Assembly (NCBI GenBank): GCA_021432655.1
Contig: MU271180.1
Location: forward strand, 205,565 to 225,564
From: Atractiella rhizophila
Taxonomy: Eukaryota
Reading direction: 5' to 3'
DNA length: 20,000 nucleotides
Shown piece by piece: positions 11,364 through 20,000 of this stretch. The notes beneath the pieces are model-generated. The model saw only the letters and a list, made by a program, of their open reading frames with translations. It was not told the DNA's origin and made no database searches. Position 1 is the stretch's first letter; each line of letters begins with the position of its first letter. The position numbers and the translations under genes were made by a program.

Positions 11364-12766
11364 TTATTCGCTGTCCTCTTCATCTGCTTGTTCCAACCAA
11401 TGGATAAAGTTCTTCGCCTGCTTCTTGACCTTCGCACTCGTCTCCTTATCGACATACTACGTCCCGCAACGCTGTCAGTGAGAGCAGAAGAAAGGCAGAG
11501 GAGGAAGAACGGACCTTCTTGGAGACGTGAGTGCCCCAGTGCAGCAAGACCTCTTCTTCAAGCACGTCCGCTTGGTACAATTTCATCAAGATATTCTGCA
11601 CCGTCTTGTCCCCGTCCGTCAACCACTCGGGATGCTGGAGGCCAATGAAGCGCTCCAATCCTCCCAAAAGGGACTTCTGGTGCTTTTCAGAGGTCGTCAT
11701 CTGCATCCCACTTCCTCAGCACTTGTTCTTCAAGATATTAAGAAAAGTGCAAACCTTCTTCAACAATCCAGCATGTTCGCCAACCTCCTTTGCTGCATCC
11801 TCAGAGAAGAGAACTTGAGCAAGGACCGTCAGTGTTTTGTTCTTCTTCTCGATGCTCATCTCCTTCGCCTTCTTGAAGATCTCCACATCACCTTCCTTAA
11901 TGTTGTCTTTCACCCAGTCTCCAAAAATCTTATAGGGGCTGTCTTCCCCCTCTCCCTCTTCATCGTCTCCATTCATCCCCAAGGAGTTCTTAAACGTGTT
12001 CTCCAACTCCTTCACCCTCTCAGACACATCCGCCGACTCGTCCCAATCCTCGTCCAAGCCTTTGCCATGCTCCTTCTGGATCTCCGCAAGCGTCGGGATA
12101 TTGACTTCTTTCCCAGCAATCGTCTCCTTCTGCTCATCACCATCTCCAGTTTGCACTTCCTCTTCTTCAGGCGGAGTCTTATCGCCCGCAGCTCCACCAA
12201 TCCCATCCGCGGCACCGGAGATGTCCTTCTTCTTCTTCCCGCCCTTCCCCTTCGTTCCACCGCCGGTCGAAGGGGGGTTCTTCAATATAAAAGTAGTCAG
12301 TTTGTGCCTCATGTCCACGCTACCTTTGTGGCCGCACGCTTGGCAGTCTCTGGTGATCATCTCATCTCTGCCAATCACGAGCGTGGTCTCGGGGTTCTTG
12401 CAGGAAGGACAGAGCACGAATTTGTCGATGAAAGCATCCAAGAGTTCGCGGAGACGGTCGGCTTGGTGTGCTCCGTTGACAATGTAGCGGTCGGCGGCAA
12501 TGTCAAACGTGGTTTGTGCGCCTAACTCGCAACCGAAAAACTTTGTAGGATCTGCATCCCGCCCATCACCATCAGTACCACTGTCGTTTGAAATTGTCAG
12601 AAGACGTACAAGTAGCTGGTCTACTGAGGGAGCGCGCAATGTCGCTCATGTTCGGAATGACCGTCTTAATGCCGTTTCCTTTGCCTTCGATCTTGATTTG
12701 AAGAACGGGCATCTTGTACCGATAGAATTTATCGGAGACGTCCCTTCTAATGTTGACGGTCGCCAT
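11364..12766 (-). CDS. TIF5: Eukaryotic translation initiation factor 5 (eIF5)
   Basis: [20 protein letters not shown]...EGKGNGIKT (GAP arginine region). Intron 12609-12552 joins [18 protein letters not shown]. Zinc motif CPSCKNPET...DCQAC. C-terminal W2 domain [15 protein letters not shown]...[32 protein letters not shown], with stop at 11364-11366. Confidence 0.97.
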
Positions 12767-12781
12767 ATTGATTGATGAGTT

Positions 12782-12957
12782 TTACTACGGCCACGGACGA
12801 GTCAGTCAGTTGAGAAGAGATGGAATGAGCAGCAAAGACGTACAGATGATTGAGGTATGTGAGGTATATGGCCTTTGTGCCGTTCGTGAATGTTCAATAA
12901 TTTCGACTTCGAAGAGTAGATTGTGGATCGGAGAAATTGCGTGCTCTGAAAAGGCAT
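12782..12957 (-). promoter_or_regulatory. Putative poor-context uORF (38 codons) in the spliced eIF5 5' leader
   Basis: uAUG at 12957 in context ttcATGc. A leader intron runs GTACGT(12843)...CTGAC...CCGTAG(12785). After splicing, codon 39 is TAA (12784-12782), 15 nt before the strong main start aatATGg. Confidence 0.6.
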
Positions 12958-14087
12958 GAAACTGTTCTCTCCTTGCTTCTTGGGTTTGATGGGTTCCGAG
13001 GTGAAGGTTCAAAGGTGTTGATCTGTAGCTTTGGTCGTCAGCACGTTGAAGTATGAGCATAAACATGATAAAGAAGGAAGGCAGCGAATAAACATTAGAT
13101 GACGTGACACTGAACAGGATTTCGACGAGAAATCAGGGGGAACATTATCCTGCCGGTCCAATAATGAAAGGAAAATGTGTTTCCCGAGGTTAAGGCTAGA
13201 TTGACTGCTCCAAAGAATGTAAAAGGCCGATAGAGAAATCGCTTTAAGCTTCTCAAAGGTGGAACCCAACCCGAAAACTGTGAAGATGAAAAATAATGGA
13301 ATGCTGGAGACACACAGTGGGACCAAGTTCCCGGCCAAATCGTTGGGACACTAGACATATGAAAAGGGAACCAGGCAGTACAGGGCAATACAATTACAAA
13401 GGCTTCAATTTATAGGCGCAAATTCTCCATTCATCGCTGAGACAGAAGACAAAGAGCAAACAATACCCTGATCAACACAGAGAAAGCTTCAATCTTTCTG
13501 GAGTATTGTAACCATGATAATTGATTATGGATCGAGGGTTGAGATTTGGCTTTTTCAGAATAAATATTGCCTTCATGACGTGGCCAATGAGACCGCTTCA
13601 TCCGTTTCTGAATTCAGATGCATCCTGCCTCCCGGCCTCCGAACGAGGCCAAAGGGACACGTGTTTGGTCAAAAAAACACGTTCAGCCTACAGTTTTCCA
13701 AACTCCAAACGATGGGTTGAGCTGAGAGGCAGGATGGTAGAGCAGGATAGATGTTTGGGTTGTGTGTTGACACAACCGTTGCCACCTCTTCTATCCGCTC
13801 AAATCTCGCCTTCCTTCGACTCCAACGACACACTCCTCTTCCACACTCAATTTGACGCACAACAGAATGAAAAGGACGCAGATGAAACGAAAACATGATC
13901 CCAACATATTGTAGCATGACCTAGATGGAAAACGACAGACTCACAGTAGCACACGCAGTCGAGTAATCGCTTTTCCCTCCTTTCAGGCGGGGTAGCTCGC
14001 TTCTTCTTTCTCTCTCTCTTGCTCTTGCTTTCCGTGTTCGTTGTTGAAAGAAGAATTGCCACCCTGCTTTGATGACTCCGTTCAAGG

Positions 14088-14104
14088 TTAGGGTTAGGGT
14101 TTTT
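14088..14104. promoter_or_regulatory. (TTAGGG)2 / telo-box-like motif in the divergent eIF5 / coiled-coil gene intergenic region
   Basis: Sequence ttagggttagggttttt, which is AAAAACCCTAACCCTAA on the minus strand. It lies about 130 bp upstream of the ATG at 14231. Function is inferred only. Confidence 0.35.
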
Positions 14105-14230
14105 GCCATTCCACGCCTGCAGTCTCACTTTCGCTCAGGTACTCCGTACGCGCCTGCCCAGTTTCAACACCGTGTCCGCATTCCTGTGACTAGTTGTGCC
14201 AGAAGTCGCGAAGAAGAAGAAGAAGGAAGG

Positions 14231-15961
14231 ATGACGGTCGTGCTGGACTCTCCCAACCTCGAACGGCTCTGGGCTCTCCTCTCCGAACTCTCAGCCCAGC
14301 TGAGCGCGAACAAGGAGCAGTGTGTCGCCTTGCAACGGCAGGCTGAAGAGTTGAAGGTCTCTTTTCCCTCCTACCCCTGTTCCTGTCCCTTCCTTGCTTA
14401 CAACTTGTGTGTGTGGACAATAGGCCCAGGCCGTACATACCAATACTGGCTTCGCCCTCAAGCGGTTCAACGTCGATATCACCCAGGAACGGTTCGAGAG
14501 CGAACTGGAGAGGTCGAACGCTCAGCTGACGGTCGAGAATCAGCAGTTGCATTATGAGAATCGACAGCTGAACGCTCTGTTGAAGGATTATGAGGGGACG
14601 TTGGAGAGCGTCATGGGAAGGTTTAGAGGACTTGCGGTGCGTTTTTATTCTTCGGTTTGGAAGGATGGAGGACTACATCGGAGGAATGTATGTATGGTGG
14701 AGGAGGTTGCGCCTGTTCCCTTCTTCCGCATTTCTACGACCTCCTGTTCATTGCATGACGTTGAAAGCCCATTTCGATTCTTGGGCGAGCACTAGCAAGT
14801 TTCAATGTGTTTTTTCCTTCATGGAACGAGGGTATCGAGAGACCAAAGGATTCTTTCGTCGAGTTGGAGAACGAGCATCCGGAAAATATTTCTGCAATCC
14901 TCACTCAAACTGTGCTCGATATTTGACCCAAAGTGCGTACTCGAGCTGCTTAGAAGCGGAGCAGCCTAGCCTGGGGACAGAAGTCGGGCCATTAGAGTAG
15001 AGATGGAGACTGCGCAACAGGAAGCTGGTGTGTTGCCCTAGTCCATCGTTTTCTTCTCCCCTTCATTTATGCCCTGCCCCTCTTCATGAGAAAGTAAAGG
15101 AGGCAGAGGAGAGGAAGGAATACGCTGTTCGCGCTCCTCGTCCTAGTTGCTGGAGCTCCGAGCATGATTGCCTCTATCTGTCTCGCAGCCCTTGTCCTAG
15201 CTCCTGGGAGGCGAAGGAAGATCGACCGTTGGGATGACGGTGCCAGGTAGTTACCATTACTAGTTGAAATAATGCTGGTGAGGAGCCACGAACAACAAGT
15301 GCTCCTGATTCCTTTTCCCCGTAAACCTGTGCATGAAGCTAGCATTCCTTTCCCAGTTGATTTTAAATGAAAGTCGCGTCTCCTTTGTTGTTCAATGGCA
15401 CATGTGAGAGAACGATAATTATCCAAACCAGTGGATTAGAGGTTGGAAAAAGACAATGTGAAGTAGAATTTTGAAGGAGTTTTTTAACGAAGAACTGACA
15501 AAGTTTGAACAACATGAAATGGTGCTGATACGTTCCTCTAGCATTCGACGCAGCAACATGAACTTGCACTTCACCGCCATTACGAATCACTTCTCCTTAA
15601 TTACATGCAGCAACAAGCCTCGCCCACTTCCCCCTACAACTCCCAATTCGAACACGAACGAGAACCTTCCAAAGAACAAAACCAGCCTAACGGCTTCTAC
15701 ACCTCCCCGTCTTCTTCACAAATTTACGATTCGCCGGCGTCGGCACCGTCCGCTCAACAGCTCCAGCAATCCAATTTAGAGCGGAGAGGATCGACGGCAT
15801 CCGTTTCTGGACTCCCGCCTGAGATGGAGCGATCGTTGGACCGTCTCTCGACTTTGCTGAGGAAAACGATGCGGTCGTTGAACGACGAGGAATTCGAAGC
15901 GGAAGACGACGAACCCCTGTCTCCGATCACGTCTCCAATCCAAGCACCGACTTCGCCTCAA
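14231..15961 (+). CDS. Small coiled-coil protein, probably a SIKE/FGFR1OP2-like STRIPAK subunit (SCI1/Csc4-like); 5' portion
   Basis: Exon 14231-14356 (MTVVLDSPNLERLWALLSELSAQLSANKEQCVALQRQAEELK). Exon 14424-14636 (AQAVHTNTGFALKRFNVDITQERFESELERSNAQLTVENQQLHYENRQLNALLKDYEGTLESVMGRFRGLA). Intron 14637-15541 of 905 nt. Exon from 15542 (HSTQQHELALHRHYESLLL...LDRLSTLLRKTMRSLND...APTSPQ). Gene structure is well supported; the family name comes from recalled motif similarity only. Confidence 0.75.
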
Positions 15962-17637
15962 CGCGCAAAGACCGCCTTGAGCGCTTATTTCTACAACCGT
16001 ATCCTTTGTAGCGCTACCTATTCCAGCACTAGCAAATTGTACCGATTAAGACTGTTGTTTAGTTCCGTTCGGGGTTTTGCTTTTCTCTCGTGCGTGCGCA
16101 GTTCTGTGGAAACTTGCGCAGCTCGTGTAGCAGTTCTGCAAGTCGACTTCTTTCTCCCCTCCGGCCGGCATCTTAACATCTACTCCTGCCCTTAATCCAG
16201 TCAGAGGTACTGGAGGCTTTGTAGCGGGTGGTAAGGTCTCACGTAAAAACCTGTCCTAAAAAGACCAACTTTCTAATCCGACTCTTTCTTACTCTGCTCC
16301 TCACACAGCTTCGGTAAGGTTTAGGCAGCGTAGACGACCGCTAGGTAGCTCTAAAGCACCGCCAACCAGGAAGGTTTCGAGGGAGGTTTGTAACTTGACG
16401 AAATGCACGAGGAGGTTGGAAAAGTTGTGCAGGAGGCAGTCGGTATGTACGAATTACTGTGGTATGGGTGGAGGAAGGTCGAGCGTGTAGGTTTGGACGC
16501 AAGGAGACGGCCATTACCTTATACTTGCTTTATCTTAAAGGACCTGGGTCAACCCGAACTTGAGCCTTGGGAACGGCTGTTGTAGGGTAGGGAAGTTGTA
16601 GGCAAATCCAGGTCAAATTTAAACACTAATCCCAAACCCTGCTTAACGCTTCCTTCCTCGTATCACCTGGTACCGCACCAAACATCTACGCCTACTACCG
16701 AGCGACTTCCGTTGCTCTACAACCCCCTCGACCGCGCCCTTGAACTCTCCCTTCACAAAAACCTCCGCCCAAGGACTCAAGCTCTGGCTGACGGATGGAG
16801 GGTCCACTTCACGGTGCGACCTAGCACTAGTTTCTACAACTCTTTAGGCTAAACAAGGAGCGAGCGAAAGCGTTTGGAACGCTACTAGACACGCTGAAGA
16901 AACTTCACCAGAAGCTCCGCAAAACCAAAAGGGACTTTCACGGGTGGTGCGTATGATAATTGGGTTCTCATTACAAATAGAGGTCGACATAGTTAGTTGT
17001 CTCAGGTCTGTTTTGTCGCTCCAGAGCGGGGCTCTCACATCCGTCGCAAAGCACGATTAACCCACAAGAGCACGCTTGGTCGTAAGAGTTCTACAGAGAC
17101 TTAAGATTACGGTCGCTATACAAGCTCATGCGGAAGTGTCCTCCCAGCTAGAGTACCACCTGGTTCTAAGGCAGGTCGAGACTTCTTAGGAACCAGCTGT
17201 CTAAGAGACTGTTGACGTAAGCACATGGTGGAACCGTCATAGACCTGAAAAGGAACGCGTGCTGGATCTGGCACAGAAGTAAGTACCACGAGTTAGTTGA
17301 CACTTAGTGAGTGCGCTATGTCGAGTAGGTAGGTTCAAAATTAGCTCAAGAGTAGGAAGGTCAGGCGACGTAATATGCAACAATCGAGCTCACCGTCAAG
17401 CTGGAGTCCATACAATTACAAACCGGCATCTAGGAGGTTGTGGTGTTGCCCACTAAGGTTCAGCTCAAAAAGTGGATCACCGTCCAACGCGACGTTGCCA
17501 AACTTCAAACCCCTGTGGCAAGAACTTCAACGGAGAACAACTATAAAAACGAAACACAAAACTTAGCTCAGCCCTCACCGTCCACCACCGCCCCTAGGAG
17601 AGAAGTAACGTCAGAAGAAACAGAAGGAGAAGCAGTA
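15962..17637. pseudogene. N-terminal part of a FunK1-type (Pkinase_fungal) protein kinase, mirror-reversed and frameshifted
   Basis: Right-to-left from ATG 17637: MTKRKTKKTAMKRGSPPPP...WMDELYR, intron 17313-17265, ...ELDGILV...NISLALEF/QLARNAAYTLGARPRCFVWTLLI...EEQIGF...ILFRSYSITGRGTQVW...VIKHVW...LDDVLDAFKGVLT, intron 16096-16050, QLAMLNDHDLI-HRDVSYAN-IFI (16017-15994). Frame breaks occur near 17099, 16250 and 16158, and near 16600 unless an intron covers it. Confidence 0.8.
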
Positions 17638-18378
17638 GATCTCCTCTCCGCTCAGTTACGTCCTCTGACCTACTAATTATAATGCTACACGCGACAGGGT
17701 CAGTAAACTGAGCTTTCTAGTTTACGGTACTATAGGACGGTACTTCGTAGTGGGAGAAGAGAGGAGACGTCCAACAGGAGGTCGTGTGAGATAAGGACGC
17801 CCTTGCTGAAAGTAGTAAGGCAAAAAAGACGACGGAGTCCCATGTCCGTTAAACGCTCTATTGAGGTGAAGCGCTGAGTAGAGGAAGGTTTCAGCTGTTG
17901 GCTTTTGGAAATAGGGGGAGGACTAGGGTTTGATGAGAGGTGTCGCGTTTGTGGTTGCGTTAGGAAATGGAGGCAGTACAACGAAAGACTCAGCGTAAGC
18001 GTAACTGCATCACCGTCGTCCAACTCGACATGTCCGCGCGTAAAAACTGCGAGAAGTGGAACCACTCCTCCAGGAAACGACTAGTAAGAGTAGTGTCTGA
18101 CACGCTTCACTCACCTATTATAAACCATTAAAATATTGGAACTAATTTGTTGGAAGTCGTCAAGGCTGAGACTCCATTGCTCAGTAATGTAAGTTCAACA
18201 CGCACCACTCCCCTTGCCTTCTCCCTCTACTACAACCGAACAACACTACACCCTAAGAGTCCAAATCGTACTGCCTCATGACAAGTGTGAGCCCTGGTAG
18301 CTTTGCCTCCCTTTACAAACACTTCTTGTTTGCTCTTACTTACTCTGTTTTTGAGTACTGTGCGTAAGGTTTGAGTAG

Positions 18379-18927
18379 AGTGAGCAGAAGTAGGAATTAC
18401 TCCGGGTAGAGGTTGAGGCCAAGGTGGAGGGCTAGGGATTTGTATTGTAGTAGCTCGAGGTAGCGGTAGAGGCCGAAGTGCTTTACCCCTAATAGGTTGT
18501 GGTCGCCCGACGGGTTGAACCGGACTGAAAGAAAGTTTACGCCGAAGCGAGAGGGGTTCGACTTAGGAGGGAAGGTGGGTGAAGGAAGGCGAAGGTGACC
18601 CAGGTTTAGGTTTGGATTTCTTCTCCACTGCCCGCTGCAGGAGAGACGGACGCGAACCCCTCCCCTGGTTAGGAGAGGTCGCGAGCCACCTCCTGAGCTT
18701 CCGCCCGGTGAATTTCTCCCACTGCCACGACCTCCCTCCTCCAGTAGTAAACTTTGCAGGCAGAGCTAGGGGTTGTCGGAAGCGTCGAGGGATAAGAGGA
18801 AAAGGTTGGACACGGAGAGCGAGAGAGCGAGGTTTCGCGACAGCATAAAGCAGTTATGCGGTCAGCTCGGCTACATGGGGTTGACTCGGACTAAGTCCAA
18901 AACATAGCTTGCCTGCAAACATTTCCA
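18379..18927. CDS. C-terminal 182 aa of the coiled-coil gene at 14231, readable only right-to-left uncomplemented
   Basis: 18927 to 18379 reads acc ttt aca aac gtc... = TFTNVRSIQNLNQAQLGYIGSTGVLTKYDSALERESERHRLEKENRELRRLLGIETDVSNDDLLPPAPSPSLSGPP...ELEMGLIKDEDE*. It is in frame with ...cct caa ending at 15961. Confidence 0.9.
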
Positions 18928-19214
18928 NNNNNNNNNNNNNNNNNNNNNNNNNNNNNNNNNNNNNNNNNNNNNNNNNNNNNNNNNNNNNNNNNNNNNNNNN
19001 NNNNNNNNNNNNNNNNNNNNNNNNNNNNNNNNNNNNNNNNNNNNNNNNNNNNNNNNNNNNNNNNNNNNNNNNNNNNNNNNNNNNNNNNNNNNNNNNNNNN
19101 NNNNNNNNNNNNNNNNNNNNNNNNNNNNNNNNNNNNNNNNNNNNNNNNNNNNNNNNNNNNNNNNNNNNNNNNNNNNNNNNNNNNNNNNNNNNNNNNNNNN
19201 NNNNNNNNNNNNNN
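18928..19214. other. Assembly gap, 287 N
   Basis: Run of N directly abutting the reversed block. Confidence 1.
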
Positions 19215-19216
19215 CG

Positions 19217-19912
19217 TACGAGCAGTCGGTTATGGATGACATCGAGTCCGTAATCTACTGTGTTATCTACTTTTTCTGCAATTTCTATCCGGGCACTGAA
19301 GGACGGCTCGTGAGGCGAGATTGGAGCCGCAAGCCGGACACACCGACAGGAGAAGGGACTGGAAGGACCTTCAGTGGTTCCAAGGAACTGGAACAGAATG
19401 CCGAGGCGGATGAACGATCCTCGTCACATCACAGCGTCAAATCCAGGAAGGAACGATCCTCAACCCTCCACGGCGTCAAATCTGCAAAGGATCGATACTC
19501 GACACTTCGGAGCACCAAATCTGCAAAGGAAAAATCCTCAACAATTCAAAGCGTCAAATTCGTTCCACAGAACGGTGACTATCCGCTCCAACTGTGGTTG
19601 ACTTTGGAAAGTGCCTTCCACGTGAAATCATTCCTTCTCAACACTTTCAAACCAGCCAGTTTACCAGCCTTTACCAAGCTTCTGAAGCAACGTCTGGTTG
19701 ACGATGGGCGTTGGAACCAAGATCACATCACACGCTTATTATGGGAACTCACTCGGCCACTTCAACTTCAGTCGGAAGATATTGTAAACGGCATTTATTG
19801 GCGTCCACTCTTTCCCGATGGATGCGATGGAAAAGCAGTTGTCAAGGGCATTGTTGGAAAGATGGTGGACGCTTTGGAGCGGGGAAAGAAGAGATTTAAT
19901 GGGAAGCTGTAA
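19217..19912 (+). CDS. C-terminal lobe of the FunK1-type fungal kinase
   Basis: YEQSVMDDIESVIYCVIYFFC matches the FunK1 subdomain IX pattern (H/D)DLESFFYVLLW. The frame is open to TAA at 19910-19912. It is the logical continuation of the reversed HRDVSYAN segment across the gap. Confidence 0.8.
   Translation, partial: YEQSVMDDIESVIYCVIYFFCNFYPGTEGRLVRRDWSRKPDTPTGEGTGRTFSGSKELEQNAEADERSSSHHSVKSRKERSSTLHGVKSAKDRYSTLRSTKSAKEKSSTIQSVKFVPQNGDYPLQLWLTLESAFHVKSFLLNTFKPASLPAFTKLLKQRLVDDGRWNQDHITRLLWELTRPLQLQSEDIVNGIYWRPLFPDGCDGKAVVKGIVGKMVDALERGKKRFNGKL
19412..19567 (+). repeat. 4 x 39-bp degenerate tandem repeat (13-aa Ser/Lys-rich unit) within the kinase C-lobe
   Basis: ERSSSHHSVKSRK / ERSSTLHGVKSAK / DRYSTLRSTKSAK / EKSSTIQSVKFVP, with units starting at 19412, 19451, 19490 and 19529. 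Confidence 0.9.
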
Positions 19913-20000
19913 GTTGCCTTCGTCTCCATCAGCTGAACGAGGTATAACGTCCACACCAGTGATCCCTCTGAAGAGTTCGACTTTGAACCTGCCTCGTAAG

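Larger units (their letters stand above)
15962..18927. other. 2966-bp block written in reverse order without complementation (mirror-reversed sequence)
   Basis: No sensible gene in any of the six normal frames, and TAG/CTA triplets are visibly frequent. Read right-to-left without complementing, it gives a 183-codon open frame, canonical GTGAGT...TAG and GTGCGT...CAG introns, and kinase motifs. Both ends connect to the flanking genes. Confidence 0.95.

Noticed and set aside
11527..12525. 332-aa plus-strand ORF
   Set aside because: Antisense shadow of the eIF5 coding exons with no recognisable motifs.
14088..14099. Chromosome end or telomere
   Set aside because: Only two TTAGGG units, embedded between genes.
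15962..18927. Supplied ORFs in this block (tail of 15605..16195, 16403..16585, 16844..17038, 17375..17566, 17440..17676, 17730..18065, 18579..18848) as novel orphan genes
   Set aside because: They are chance frames in mirror-reversed sequence. The real coding signal appears only on uncomplemented right-to-left reading.
15962..18927. Genuine biological inversion or novel reverse-coding system
   Set aside because: A real inversion would be readable on the minus strand, and this block is not. It abuts an assembly gap exactly and repairs both neighbouring genes when flipped, which points to a computational origin unless raw reads show otherwise.
19412..19567. CRISPR-like array
   Set aside because: The units are contiguous, degenerate, in-frame coding repeats without spacers, in a eukaryotic gene.

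Overview
This is intron-rich fungal DNA that looks basidiomycete (short GT-AG introns with CTRAY branch sites). It carries a secreted pepsin-family aspartic protease (-, 3' end outside the window), a multi-exon fungal AAA+ ATPase-like gene (+) with an internal 1.13-kb near-identical tandem duplication, an RNase T2 (-), eIF5 (-) with a spliced 5' leader holding a poor-context uORF, and a divergent coiled-coil SIKE/SCI1-like gene (+). The most striking feature is block 15962-18927, which is written REVERSED WITHOUT COMPLEMENTATION. Its six-frame ORFs look like noise. Read right-to-left on the same strand, it gives the in-frame C-terminus of the coiled-coil gene, then a spliced, frameshifted FunK1-type fungal kinase whose C-lobe resumes in normal orientation after a 287-N gap. 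No known biological mechanism produces such a mirror reversal, so an assembly/gap-filling or in-silico artefact is the best explanation. No rRNA, tRNA, CRISPR or recognisable transposon was seen.
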